64,000 nt of DNA from Chitinophagaceae bacterium (GCA_051861445.1 JBHYCS010000021.1:5381-69380), one strand, 5' to 3'. Counted from the first letter of the stretch, positions 40,281 through 50,651 are shown. Notes: generated by a model not told the origin, from the sequence alone. Translations and numbers: made by a program.

Positions 40281-41459
40281 TTATTCAGCAAATAAACTTC
40301 TAACAATTCCCATTTCTAAACCCCTTAGTTCTGCTAAACCTCTTAATCTTCCAATAGCACTATACCCTGGATTGGTTTTCTTTTTTAAATCATCGAGCAT
40401 TTGATGTCCATGATCTGGACGCATTGGCAAAGCTACTTTTCTATTTTGCATAACTGTTACCAATTCTTTTACCACACTGTACATATCTACATCACCTTCT
40501 AAATGATTGTCTTCATAAAAATCGCCCCATTCGTTGCGTTTGGTGCTTCTTAAATGTATAAAATGTATACGATTACCAAATTGTTTTACCATGTCTGGTA
40601 AATTATTATCTGGTCTTACACCATAACTTCCTGTACAAAAACATAAACCATTAGCAACATTTGGCACAGCCTTAATTAAAGCATCAACGTCAGACGCTGT
40701 GCTTACCACTCTTGGTAATCCTAAAATAGGATATGGAGGATCATCGGGATGAATAGCTAAAACAACACCACTAGCTTCTGCTACAGGAACAATTTGTTGT
40801 AGAAAATAAATTAAGTTACTTCTAAGTTTGTTAGCATCGATACCATCGTATGTTTTTAAAACATCGCCAAATTGCTCTACCGTAAAACTTTCTTCACTAC
40901 CAGGCAAGCCAGCAATAATATTTCTAATTAACAATTGCTTTTCTTCTTCATTCATTTCGCTTAAACGGCTTTTGGCACGTTCTAATTCTTCACTTGAATA
41001 TTCAGTTAAAGCGGCTTTTCTATTTAATAAAAAAGCGTCAAAGGCAACAAAGGCTGCCTTTTCAAATCGTAAAGCTTTACTACCATCTTCAACTGTATAG
41101 GCAAGATCGGTTCTTGTCCAGTCTAAAACGGGCATAAAATTGTAGGTAATTACTTCTAACCCACATGATGCTACATTTTGTATGCTTTGCTTGTAGTTAT
41201 CAATGTATTGTAAATAATTACCAGTTTGTGTTTTTATGTGTTCATGTACAGGAATGCTTTCAATTACTTTCCATTCTAAACCTGCTGCTTCAACTTCATT
41301 TTTCCGTTTTGTAATTTCTTCAATACTCCAAACAGTTCCATTGGGTACATGATGCAATGCTGTGACCACACCACTACAACCTGCTTGTTTAATATCTGAT
41401 AAACTAACAGGGTCGTTTGGTCCATACCAACGCATGGTTTGCTTCATTTGAAATGGCAT
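40281..41459 (-). CDS. uxuA: D-mannonate dehydratase
   Basis: [64 protein letters not shown]. Confidence 0.97.
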   Translation of the reverse strand: MPFQMKQTMRWYGPNDPVSLSDIKQAGCSGVVTALHHVPNGTVWSIEEITKRKNEVEAAGLEWKVIESIPVHEHIKTQTGNYLQYIDNYKQSIQNVASCGLEVITYNFMPVLDWTRTDLAYTVEDGSKALRFEKAAFVAFDAFLLNRKAALTEYSSEELERAKSRLSEMNEEEKQLLIRNIIAGLPGSEESFTVEQFGDVLKTYDGIDANKLRSNLIYFLQQIVPVAEASGVVLAIHPDDPPYPILGLPRVVSTASDVDALIKAVPNVANGLCFCTGSYGVRPDNNLPDMVKQFGNRIHFIHLRSTKRNEWGDFYEDNHLEGDVDMYSVVKELVTVMQNRKVALPMRPDHGHQMLDDLKKKTNPGYSAIGRLRGLAELRGLEMGIVRSLFAE

Positions 41460-41530
41460 ACAATTATCTTATTTGAATTAATATTTAAAAGTTGAAGATA
41501 AATGGGTTTAATTGAATGGAATTTATAAAC

Positions 41531-41550
41531 TTATGCATACGTTTTCATAA
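41531..41550. promoter_or_regulatory. Candidate LacI-family operator upstream of uxuA
   Basis: TTATGCATACGTTTTCATAA, 16 of 20 positions palindromic around central ACGT. Confidence 0.55.
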
Positions 41551-41552
41551 AT

Positions 41553-41588
41553 AAAAAATCTCAATTTTCTTTTGAAAAATTGAGATTT
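41553..41588 (-). terminator. Intrinsic terminator of the DUF6580 gene
   Basis: AAATCTCAATTTT ... AAAATTGAGATTT 13-bp stem with a U-tract on the minus strand. Confidence 0.7.
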
Positions 41589-41612
41589 AAGAAATTAATG
41601 TATGTTATAAAT

Positions 41613-42176
41613 TTAAGCTAATTGTTGCTTAGCAACTGTTTTTTGCAACCAATACATTCCTCCAAATAATAATGTGGCAAAAAAGGCTGTTCCTAATAAA
41701 CTACCAACATAAAATGGCAATGCATCTACATAACATTGAACAAATCCTGCTGCTGTTTTGGGTCTATTAAATCCACCTCCACCAATCCAAACTAAAAAGT
41801 TAGATACGATAAAGTAAGCCGTTGGAGCAGCAAATGCACCAATGGCAATGCTTGTAATTTTATTTGATTTGACAGCAAATCCAAAAATAGTAGTTGCAAC
41901 AATAAGTAAATAATTCTGCCATTGACCACTATAAAAACCTTTAATAGTAGTTAAACCACTAGTGTATAACATTTCATATAAAGCATCACTTAGCAACATT
42001 GAAAGTAAAGGCATTGCAAAAGCCCACTTTTTTTGTTGTACAAATAAAGCACCGCTAAATAATGCAATTGCAATTTGTGGAGCAAATCCTAAAGGACGGT
42101 TAGGCACAATTCTGTACAATGCAGATATGATAACTAAAACTAGCAAAGACAGTACAATGTTTTTATTCAATTTCAT
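41613..42176 (-). CDS. DUF6580-family putative transport protein
   Basis: YRIVP..PLGFAPQIAIALFSGA, PLLSMLLSD, FIVSNFLVW, CYVDALPFY; 5-6 TM helices. Confidence 0.75.
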   Translation of the reverse strand: MKLNKNIVLSLLVLVIISALYRIVPNRPLGFAPQIAIALFSGALFVQQKKWAFAMPLLSMLLSDALYEMLYTSGLTTIKGFYSGQWQNYLLIVATTIFGFAVKSNKITSIAIGAFAAPTAYFIVSNFLVWIGGGGFNRPKTAAGFVQCYVDALPFYVGSLLGTAFFATLLFGGMYWLQKTVAKQQLA

Positions 42177-42219
42177 TCTTTCGTTTATTTAAATATGCAA
42201 GCTTTTCCCTACAAGAATT

Positions 42220-42227
42220 CAAAAATA
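42220..42227 (-). promoter_or_regulatory. -7 box for the DUF6580 gene
   Basis: Minus strand TATTTTTG. Confidence 0.4.
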
Positions 42228-42286
42228 AGGCTAAAAAAACAATTTAGCATAGCTAGTATTATCCTCAGACTGTTAATAATAACAAA

Positions 42287-43495
42287 TTAGGGTATGTACG
42301 CTTTGAATAAGGTACATTTAGCCGAAGCTTCAATGCTGTATTGTTCATTGGGTAAAACGGCAATTGCTTCTCCTTGTTTTAGCACAAAGCTTTTACTAGT
42401 GCTATTTACAACAGCTCCACCTTCAGTAGCAATAATAATTTCTAAAGATTTAGAAGTTGCAGCATGCTTATTTCCATTTAAAGCAATTTTATTGATAGCA
42501 AAATCAGGAACAGGACAAGGATAATTCCATTCATTATTACCAATATCGTCGCCTTTTAAAATTTTAGGCACAATACCTTCAAACAAAGTGTGTTTTAGCA
42601 ACTCAGGAACATCCACATGTTTTGGCGTTAAACCACCTCGTAACACATTATCGCTGTTTGCCATTAATTCTACATTTTGTCCTTCTAAATATGCATGTGG
42701 AATACCAGCACCTTGAAAAACAGCTTCTCCAGGATTTGCTTTTACAATATTGAAAAAGTAGATAGAAAAAATTCCTTTATCAATATTTTTCACTTCTGCA
42801 TCGTTTTCAAAAAGTTTACTTACCCACCAACCTGGATCTTGTTTTGTAAGTTGATTGTTTCTTTTTCGCCCTAATTCTCTTTTTACCAAACTACCCAACA
42901 TATTGTCTACATCTGTTTGATCCATTTCCATTACTAATTGATATAGCCCTTTGTATCCATCTCTTTTAAACAACGATTTTAACACACTAAATTCTTGAAT
43001 TTGCTCAAGGGTTTCTTCGAGCAAAGCTTTTGTTTTAAATCCATGCAACAACCAAAACTCACTTAATGCCACCATTACCTCAGGTTTATGGTTTTTGTCT
43101 TTATAATTTCTATGAGGAGCATTAATCGGAATTCCTGCAGCTTCTTCGGCTAAAAAGCCCTTTTCTGCTTCTATTTTAGTTGGATGAACTTGAATAGAAA
43201 GCATATCTTTTACATCTAGAATTTTAAACAAATATGGCAATTCTCCAAATGATTGAAACACTTTATCTGTGATAGTTTCAGAAGGATTTTGGATAATGTA
43301 ATCGTTTAAAGCAACTTCATTAGAACCGTCTGAAATGATAGATGATGCAGAAGGATGTGCACCCATCCAATATTCTGCACAAGGCTTTTGATCGGTATTA
43401 TTAAAATGCAACAGTTGGGGCAAAAAAGAAAATCCACCCCAAGCATAGTTTTGTATCTTTCCTTTTAGAAAAAAAGTTTTTCCGGTTAACTGCAT
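42287..43495 (-). CDS. manA: Mannose-6-phosphate isomerase, class I
   Basis: QNYAWG, AEYWMGAHP, LSIQVHP, NHKPE, GIPHAY, ELMANSDNVLRGGLTPKH. Confidence 0.96.
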   Translation of the reverse strand: MQLTGKTFFLKGKIQNYAWGGFSFLPQLLHFNNTDQKPCAEYWMGAHPSASSIISDGSNEVALNDYIIQNPSETITDKVFQSFGELPYLFKILDVKDMLSIQVHPTKIEAEKGFLAEEAAGIPINAPHRNYKDKNHKPEVMVALSEFWLLHGFKTKALLEETLEQIQEFSVLKSLFKRDGYKGLYQLVMEMDQTDVDNMLGSLVKRELGRKRNNQLTKQDPGWWVSKLFENDAEVKNIDKGIFSIYFFNIVKANPGEAVFQGAGIPHAYLEGQNVELMANSDNVLRGGLTPKHVDVPELLKHTLFEGIVPKILKGDDIGNNEWNYPCPVPDFAINKIALNGNKHAATSKSLEIIIATEGGAVVNSTSKSFVLKQGEAIAVLPNEQYSIEASAKCTLFKAYIP

Positions 43496-43523
43496 AATCT
43501 TATTTTAAAAACCGAATATACTA

Positions 43524-43877
43524 ATGAACAGCAAACAAATTGGCGATAAAGGCGAAACAATTGCAGTAAATTATTTAATTGACAAAGGTTTTAACATTGT
43601 AGAAAGAAATTGGCGATTTAAACATTTAGAAATTGACATTATCGCTTACATAAACAAAACATTACATTTTATTGAAGTAAAAACAAGAACGAATGAATTA
43701 TTTGGAAAACCAGAGGAAAGTATTGATGAAATAAAAATGAATCGATTAAAAAAAGCAGCAGAGGCTTATCTACAAATTCATTCAGAATGGTTGTTAATAC
43801 AGTTTGATGTAGTGGCAATAACCTTACACAAAAACGAAACGCTTGAAATATTTTTCATTGAAGATGTATTTTTTTAG
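43524..43877 (+). CDS. yraN: YraN family (UPF0102) PD-(D/E)XK protein
   Basis: GDKGETIAVNYL, ERNWR, EIDII, FIEVKTR, FDVVAI. Confidence 0.92.
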   Translation: MNSKQIGDKGETIAVNYLIDKGFNIVERNWRFKHLEIDIIAYINKTLHFIEVKTRTNELFGKPEESIDEIKMNRLKKAAEAYLQIHSEWLLIQFDVVAITLHKNETLEIFFIEDVFF

Positions 43878-43988
43878 TAAGTTAATTTCTATAAAAAGCT
43901 AATCCATTATTCTATACTCTGATAGAATATCTTCTATATCGCATTGTTAGAATCATTTTCACATTTGCAGTATAAATTTTTATCTGCA

Positions 43989-45235
43989 ATGAGTACGCAC
44001 ACCAATAGTAAAATTAAGATTGTAAGTTTTTTATGCATGATTACATTGCTGTTTGTACACAATTACAACATCAGTACTGCATATCAAACACCGTCTTCAT
44101 TTGCAGATACTCCAATAAGTTTTATTTCTTTTACGGAATATTTTTTTTCAAATTCATTGTTTAGATTTAGAATCCCATTATTAATGGCTATTTCAGGGTA
44201 TTTATTAGCTAGTTCTTATAACTATTCTTACACTGAATTGATTTCTAAAAAAATTAGAACTATCTTAATTCCATTTGCCATTATAGCTGTTATAGGTTTT
44301 TTTACTTGTGTAGTTTTCGATGTTATCGATACTCAATTTTATACTACAAATGCTTCGGGTATTTTTGGCAAAAGCATTACAGAATTTAGATTGTACGATG
44401 TATTGTATCACACTTTTATTGCTCCTAGTTCTTTTCAACTATGGTATTTAAAAATCATGTTTGTAATGGCTGTTTTCTTGCCAATTATTCGTTTTTTACT
44501 TACCAAATTACCTATTGCAACATTATCAGTTTTGGCAATCGCTTGGTTGTTTACCAATTATTTAGGTGGTGAAACAAAAGACAGAGGTTATATTTTCTTT
44601 TTTATTGGTTTTTATTTAAGCCAACACAACAAAAATATTGCTCATGCTTTCATTAATGTAAAGTATACTGGATTAGCACTTATTACAGTGGCTTTACTAA
44701 GAACCTATTTGGCTTTTTCACCTAATCATACAGAAATCACCAGCATGTTAATGGTTTTATCGTTCAAACTAATAGGTATTTTAGGTGCTTATACTTGTTG
44801 GTTTATGGCAGATAAATTAGTTACTATCTACTATAAATTCTCTTTTTTCAGAAACCTTACCAAATCATCATTTTTTATTTTTGCATTTCATGACCATTAC
44901 TAACACTAGCTGGTTTAGCATTGAGAAAATATGTTTTACATAGCCATGAGCAATTTTTTATGGCATACCTACTCTTACCACTTGTTATTGCTACCATAAT
45001 TATTTTAATTGACCACTTAATTCGAAATAAATTTAGCATAACTTATGCATTAATTACAGGTGGAAGAAATGCATTGCGTAAACAAGAAAATGTTGACTAT
45101 TTCTATTTTTTGCACAATATTCAACTTAGTGCAATCTATCCATTTTTATTCGGTGATAGGGCTAAACAACAATGGCAGCATCTACAATATTACACTTTGG
45201 TAATTGGCATTGTTTTATATAAAATATTTCACTAA
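43989..45235 (+). pseudogene. Acyltransferase family 3 (OafA-like) membrane protein split by a 1-nt deletion (pseudogene or sequencing error)
   Basis: LLFVHNY, RFRIPLL, KKIRTILIPF, QLWYLK in the first frame; at 44889 CAT-GA-CCA-TTA-CTA restores FAFH(E)PLL and continues to LITGGR in the frame of ORF 44921-45235. Confidence 0.75.
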
Positions 45236-45287
45236 CAAATAGCACAAACAAGTGTAAAACCATTCATGTTATGCTATATTTACAAAC

Positions 45288-46199
45288 ATGTGGGATGTAT
45301 ACAAAAAAGGATTTAAAGCGTATTTACAACTAGAACGTTCTTTAAGCGATCACTCTGTAGAAGCTTATTTAAGAGATATTGAAAAACTAACCCAATTTTT
45401 AGCCATTACACAACAAACAAAACAGCCAAATACTATAGGGTTAATAGATTTACAACAGTTTGTAAAGTGGATTTCTGAGTTAGGTATGTCTGCAACATCA
45501 CAGGCAAGAATAATTTCTGGAATAAAAGGATTTTATAAATATTGCTTAATAGAACAAATTTGTTCAACAGACCCATCTGCACTTTTAGAAGCCCCAAAAA
45601 CACAGCGATTATTACCAGATGTACTGAGCTTTGAAGAAATTGAAAAAATTATTGCAGCCATTGACTTAAGCAAACCTGAAGGCACAAGAAATAAAGCCAT
45701 TATAGAAACCATGTATAACTGTGGCTTGAGAGTTACTGAATTAATAGATTTGAAAATAAGTTGTCTTTTTTTTAATGAAGAATTTATTAGAGTAATTGGA
45801 AAAGGTGATAAAGAAAGATTAATACCCATAGGAAAAGACGCTATTAAATACATAAGATTGTATTTGAATGAAGTAAGAAAACACCAAATCATTCAAAAAA
45901 ATAACGAAGACATTCTTTTTTTAAATAATAAAGGAAAGCAACTGAGCAGAGTAATGATATTTTACATCATTAAAGATTTGGCTAAAAAAGCAACCATTAC
46001 AAAAAATATTTCACCACATACGTTTAGACATTCTTTTGCCACTCATTTAGTAGAAGGCGGTGCAGATTTAAGAGCGGTACAAGAAATGCTTGGTCATGAA
46101 AGCATTACAACCACCGAAATTTACACTCATTTAGATAGAGACTTTTTGAGAAGCACATTGTTTTCTTTTCATCCATCATACAATAAGAACTTACAATAA
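45288..46199 (+). CDS. xerD: Chromosomal tyrosine recombinase XerD
   Basis: SVEAYLRDI, SQARIISG, YNCGLRVTEL, GKGDKER, SPHTFRHSFATHL, VQEMLGHESITTTEIYTH. Confidence 0.92.
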   Translation: MWDVYKKGFKAYLQLERSLSDHSVEAYLRDIEKLTQFLAITQQTKQPNTIGLIDLQQFVKWISELGMSATSQARIISGIKGFYKYCLIEQICSTDPSALLEAPKTQRLLPDVLSFEEIEKIIAAIDLSKPEGTRNKAIIETMYNCGLRVTELIDLKISCLFFNEEFIRVIGKGDKERLIPIGKDAIKYIRLYLNEVRKHQIIQKNNEDILFLNNKGKQLSRVMIFYIIKDLAKKATITKNISPHTFRHSFATHLVEGGADLRAVQEMLGHESITTTEIYTHLDRDFLRSTLFSFHPSYNKNLQ

Positions 46200-46388
46200 T
46201 AAAAGTTAAAACAAATAAAAAGCTAATTTAAATATTTAAAACCAGAGCAATTAGTATTATCTACAATCAATCAGATGTAATTATAATAGTACAAGAAGCG
46301 AAATTAAATTGAAGCCAACCCTTTTAAATATTATTATTTTAAAACAACAAATTTTTTAATAAATTGCATATACAAGCAAAAAGCGGTT

Positions 46389-47624
46389 ATGGTAGCAGCA
46401 ACAATTCCAGAGAATGAACAAGAACGATTACTCGAACTATATAGCTATGATATATTAAATACACAATACAAAGAAGATTTTAATGAGATTGTAGAATTGG
46501 CCTCTGAAATATGTAATGTACCTATTTCTTTGATTACGTTAATAGATGCAAATCAACAAATATTCAAAGCAAAATTTGGGTTAAGCCATCCTGATAGTAC
46601 AGATCGAAATGTGTCGTTTTGTTCACATGCCATTTTAGATGATCGTTTATTTACAGTAAATGATGCCACACAAGATGATCGTTTTTTTGACAACCCATTG
46701 GTTACCGATCATCCCAATATTCGGTTTTATGCAGGAATGCCACTTATAAATAAAAATGGGTTTAAATTAGGTACACTTTGCGTAATTGATACTGTTCCTA
46801 GAAATCTTGATACTCAACAATCAAAAGCTTTAAAAACACTGGCAAAACAGGTTATTAAACTATTCGAACTACGACTAAGAAATAAAGAAATTGAAGCACA
46901 ATCTTTACTCTTAAATCAACAAAAAACAAGATTAGAAGAGTTAAATGCTATTCAAAACAAAATCATCTCCATCATTTCACATGATATTAGAAGCCCGTTA
47001 ACTTCTCTAAAGCAAGTGATTGAATTGAAAGACTTGAAAATGTTGAATGAAACCCAGGCTAATAACTTTATGATTACCATTAATCAACAAGTTTCTAGCA
47101 CCATCAATATGCTATCGAATTTGGTGGATTGGAGTAGCATTTTAATGAACAAAACAGATATTGACAAAAAACCAATTTTACTATTTAGTGTTGTAGAAAC
47201 TATTTTCAAAAATTTAGCAATTAGTACACTAATTAAAAACAACAAGTTAATAAACGAAATACCCAAATCTTTATCAATCATTGGTGATGAAAATATTATA
47301 GAATTTATCTTACGAAATCTAATATCAAATGCAAGCAAGTTTACTGCAAATGGTAGCATAAAAGTATCCACACATTTTATTTCAGATACTCGATTGGTTG
47401 TTTCAGTAGCTGATTCAGGAACAGGTATGAGTGAAGATGTATTGAATAAATTATACAACGGTGGTAAAAACAACAGCTTACCTGGCACAAACAACGAAAA
47501 AGGATCTGGAGTTGGTTTAATGTTGGTTAGAGATTTTATTTTAAAAATTGGCTCCGAATTAAAAATTGAGAGTTTGTTGGGCAAAGGCACCACTGTTAGT
47601 TTTGAACTTGAATATCAATTGTAG
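46389..47624 (+). CDS. Cytoplasmic GAF-domain sensor histidine kinase
   Basis: ERLLEL..YDIL, SFCSHAIL, PNIRFYAGMPL, GTLCVID, H-box IISHDIRSPL, RNLISNASKF, DSGTGM, GSGVGL. Confidence 0.92.
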   Translation: MVAATIPENEQERLLELYSYDILNTQYKEDFNEIVELASEICNVPISLITLIDANQQIFKAKFGLSHPDSTDRNVSFCSHAILDDRLFTVNDATQDDRFFDNPLVTDHPNIRFYAGMPLINKNGFKLGTLCVIDTVPRNLDTQQSKALKTLAKQVIKLFELRLRNKEIEAQSLLLNQQKTRLEELNAIQNKIISIISHDIRSPLTSLKQVIELKDLKMLNETQANNFMITINQQVSSTINMLSNLVDWSSILMNKTDIDKKPILLFSVVETIFKNLAISTLIKNNKLINEIPKSLSIIGDENIIEFILRNLISNASKFTANGSIKVSTHFISDTRLVVSVADSGTGMSEDVLNKLYNGGKNNSLPGTNNEKGSGVGLMLVRDFILKIGSELKIESLLGKGTTVSFELEYQL

Positions 47625-47784
47625 AAAAATTCCTTTTAAATAGCTTTTCAATCCATTATTCATCACATCAAAATTGATTGATTATATCATTGTGTGCATT
47701 TAAGTCAATCATTTTTATGAAGTACAAATAAGTAATCAATAAAGAAAAGTTTTTTATAATTGTCTACACCCTAAATTGCATACA

Positions 47785-47792
47785 TAAATTTG
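47785..47792 (+). promoter_or_regulatory. -7 box for the Rrf2 gene
   Basis: TAAATTTG, 8 nt before ATG 47801. Confidence 0.55.
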
Positions 47793-47800
47793 CTACGTGT

Positions 47801-48217
47801 ATGCTATCTATGAAAACACAGTATGCTTTTAAAGCACTCATGTATTTAGCACAAAAAGATGCTGAAGGCCCTATATTAATTGCAGAAATTTCAGAAAAAA
47901 AGAATATACCTCTAAAATTCTTAGAAAATATATTACTTGAATTGAAAAAAGCAGGCATTCTAGATAGTAAAAAAGGAAAAGGTGGTGGATATTTTTTCAA
48001 TCAACGACCTAGCGATGTACGATTAGCAAAGATTATGCGTTTAATAGAAGGACCAATTGCATTATTGCCTTGTGTAAGTTTAAATTTTTATCAAAAATGC
48101 AAGAATTGTGATGAAAGAAACTGTGGTTTAAGCGATGTGATGAAGGAAGTGAGAGATGCAACTTTAAAAATTCTTGAAAATAAAACTGTTGCCGATATTT
48201 CACAAATACTTAAATAA
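47801..48217 (+). CDS. Rrf2-family transcriptional regulator
   Basis: KTQYAFKAL, IPLKFLENIL, SKKGKGGGY, IEGPIALLPC, four C-terminal Cys. Confidence 0.93.
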   Translation: MLSMKTQYAFKALMYLAQKDAEGPILIAEISEKKNIPLKFLENILLELKKAGILDSKKGKGGGYFFNQRPSDVRLAKIMRLIEGPIALLPCVSLNFYQKCKNCDERNCGLSDVMKEVRDATLKILENKTVADISQILK

Positions 48218-48220
48218 CAA

Positions 48221-48228
48221 TACTTTTG
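48221..48228 (+). promoter_or_regulatory. -7 box for the 48257 gene
   Basis: TACTTTTG followed by CA. Confidence 0.5.
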
Positions 48229-48256
48229 CAAAATTGCAAAAACAACCCTTAACTAC

Positions 48257-49039
48257 ATGAAAAAAACGCTTCTGCTATTTGCCCTATTACCCGTTTTATT
48301 GTCTGCACAACAAAATACTGATTCTTTAAAAGTTTCCGACACTGCTACAATTGCTCGTAAATCGAATAAATATATCGGTAGTAAAAACATTTTAAAAGTT
48401 AATCTTTCATCATTGGCTTTTAACAACTACCATTTTACATTTGAAAAACTAATTCATAACAAAGTTTCTTTTGCTGTTAGTTATAGACATATGCCAAATG
48501 GAAATTTTCCTATGGCAAATAATATAAAAGATGTAATTAATAATAAAGATATAAATATTGCTGGCTCAAAAATTGGTGGTTATGCAATTACGCCAGAATT
48601 TAGATTTTATGCTAAAAAAGGAATGAAAGGCATTTATCTAGCACCTTATTTTAGATATACAAATTTAGACTTGTCAATACCTATTACATATTCCTTAGCT
48701 GTTGGTGCACCAACAAAAACGGCCGTTTTCAACGGATCGTTAACAGCAGCTAGTGGTGGATTGATGGTAGGTTTACAAAAACAAATTTTCAAACGAATAA
48801 CATTAGATATTTGGATTATTGGGGGGCATTTTGGACATGGAACAGGTAATTTGGTGGCAAATTATTCAACCATTACTGAACCTGAAAGAGAAGCTTTGCA
48901 AGCTGAATTAGATAATATTGATTTAAATCCGTTCGTTTTCAAAACAGGTACTGTAACTACTACAAAAGCCAATATTGATAGTGATGGTCCTTGGGCTGGC
49001 GTAAGAGCTGCTGGATTTAGTATTGGATTTAGATTTTAA
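48257..49039 (+). CDS. DUF3575-like outer-membrane beta-barrel protein
   Basis: Signal peptide, KNILKVNL, ITPEFRFY, GIYLAPY, C-terminal GFSIGFRF. Confidence 0.7.
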   Translation: MKKTLLLFALLPVLLSAQQNTDSLKVSDTATIARKSNKYIGSKNILKVNLSSLAFNNYHFTFEKLIHNKVSFAVSYRHMPNGNFPMANNIKDVINNKDINIAGSKIGGYAITPEFRFYAKKGMKGIYLAPYFRYTNLDLSIPITYSLAVGAPTKTAVFNGSLTAASGGLMVGLQKQIFKRITLDIWIIGGHFGHGTGNLVANYSTITEPEREALQAELDNIDLNPFVFKTGTVTTTKANIDSDGPWAGVRAAGFSIGFRF

Positions 49040-49056
49040 TGAATCTAGATTTTACA

Positions 49057-49104
49057 TATAAAAAAGGTAGACAACTTTTTCTGAGGTTGTCTACCTTTTT
49101 TATA
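49057..49104. terminator. Bidirectional terminator between the DUF3575-like gene and smpB
   Basis: Perfect 19-bp inverted repeat TATAAAAAAGGTAGACAAC-N10-GTTGTCTACCTTTTTTATA. Confidence 0.88.
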
Positions 49105-49239
49105 CCCTAAAATGATTCAAAAATAAATTATCAGTAGAAATTTTGTGTATTAATCTAAGATACTTACTTGTAAAATTTTCTGGGCTAACTGATATAAATA
49201 ACTCTGTTTGTGAGTGTAATAGCTGACTAAAAATGCTTA

Positions 49240-49683
49240 CTATTTAAGCAGATATCGCTTTATTTCTTTTTGAGTATCTCTTGCTTTTATGGTTTCTCTC
49301 TTGTCGTGTAGTTTTTTTCCTCTACCAACACCAATTTCAACTTTCACCAAGTTTTCTTTTGTAAAAAATACTTTTAAAGGAACAATTGTATATCCTCTTT
49401 CTTTTAAAATAGCTTCTAACTTTTTAAGTTCTTTTTTGGTGAGCAATAATTTGCGGTCATGTACAGCAATGTGATTATTTGAGGTACCTAATTTATATTC
49501 GGCAATATACATGCCTCTTAGCCAAAGTTCGTGATTATCGAAAAGACAAAAAGCATCGTTAAAACTCACCTTTCCATCTCTAATGCTTTTAACTTCTGTA
49601 CCTAACAAGGCAATACCTGCAACATATTTATTCTCTATGGCATAGTTAAAATACGCTTGTCTATTGTTCATTTCTTTTGCCAT
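49240..49683 (-). CDS. smpB: SsrA-binding protein
   Basis: NRQAYFNY, AGIALLGTEVKSIR, RKLLL, GYTIVPL, GRGKKLHDKRE. Confidence 0.97.
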   Translation of the reverse strand: MAKEMNNRQAYFNYAIENKYVAGIALLGTEVKSIRDGKVSFNDAFCLFDNHELWLRGMYIAEYKLGTSNNHIAVHDRKLLLTKKELKKLEAILKERGYTIVPLKVFFTKENLVKVEIGVGRGKKLHDKRETIKARDTQKEIKRYLLK

Positions 49684-49727
49684 AATCTCTCAAAATGCTA
49701 CGTACTCAATTCTATAAAAAAATGATA

Positions 49728-50651
49728 CTAATTTTTAAAAAGCTGTATTAACAATGCTAATTTATCTTTTAGTGTTTTTCGGTCAACAATAAAATCTAAA
49801 AAACCATGTTCTACCAAAAATTCACTTCTTTGAAATCCTTCTGGTAAATCTTTTTTAATGGTTTCTTTAATTACACGAGGACCTGCAAAACCAATTAGAG
49901 CACCTGGTTCTGCAAAATTTAAATCGCCTAACATGCCAAAACTCGCAGAAATACCACCAAAAGTAGGATCTGTTAATAACGAGAAATAAGGAAGTTTAGC
50001 ATCGGCAAGTTGAGATAATTTACCGCTTGTTTTTGCTAACTGCATTAAGCTAAAAGCACTTTCCATCATTCTTGCACCACCACTTTTACTGATAACTAAA
50101 TAAGGTAATTGATGTTGTAAACAATAGTCTACTGCTCTACTAAATTTTTCACCCATTACACTACCAAGGCTTCCTCCAATAAATTCAAAATCCATACAAG
50201 CTACCACCAACTCTTCTCCATTTACCTTGCCAACAGCAACTCTCATACTATCCTTTAGGTCGGTTTTTGAATGAATTTCATCTAATCTTTTTTGATAGTT
50301 TTTTAGATCGGTAAAGTTTAAAAAATCTTTACTAATTATATTGTCAAATAGTTCGGTATATTGTTGTTCATCAAAAATGATGTCGTAATATTCTTCGCTG
50401 CCAATTCTATGGTGGTAATTACACTTAGTACATACGTACAAATTTTCTTTTAAATCTGTAGTAGTAGATATAAAATTACATTCAGGGCACTTATTCCATA
50501 AACCTTCAGGGGTTTCTTTTTTATCGGCTGTAGATGTTAAAATTCCTTTTTTTCTACGTTTAAACCAACTTCTTCTTCCACTTTCTTCATGTTGTACTTC
50601 TTCTTCTCCAGTTAAATTATGCTCAATATCTTCTGTACTTTCTTTTTTCAT
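49728..50651 (-). CDS. accD: Acetyl-CoA carboxylase carboxyltransferase beta subunit
   Basis: WFKR, LWNKCPEC, CTKCNYH, FIGGSLGSVMGEK, SGGARMMES, AEPGALIGFAGPRVI; ATG 50651 preferred because the ORF-track TTG lies inside the -7 box. Confidence 0.96.
   Translation of the reverse strand: MKKESTEDIEHNLTGEEEVQHEESGRRSWFKRRKKGILTSTADKKETPEGLWNKCPECNFISTTTDLKENLYVCTKCNYHHRIGSEEYYDIIFDEQQYTELFDNIISKDFLNFTDLKNYQKRLDEIHSKTDLKDSMRVAVGKVNGEELVVACMDFEFIGGSLGSVMGEKFSRAVDYCLQHQLPYLVISKSGGARMMESAFSLMQLAKTSGKLSQLADAKLPYFSLLTDPTFGGISASFGMLGDLNFAEPGALIGFAGPRVIKETIKKDLPEGFQRSEFLVEHGFLDFIVDRKTLKDKLALLIQLFKN

Noticed and set aside
37727-43877. mazG and yraN as anti-phage defence components
   Set aside because: Both are canonical housekeeping forms in core context, with no defence-type partners
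45288-46199. Tyrosine recombinase as an integrase or island boundary
   Set aside because: Length and motifs match housekeeping XerD; no att repeats, tRNA, or phage or conjugation genes nearby
49105-49239. tmRNA or other ncRNA beside smpB
   Set aside because: Gap is only 135 nt with no tRNA-like ends or tag ORF
50574-50651. Acidic N-terminal extension of AccD (and Lys-rich N-terminus of GlgB)
   Set aside because: Short low-complexity extensions, probably lineage-typical; nothing in the sequence supports a separate function
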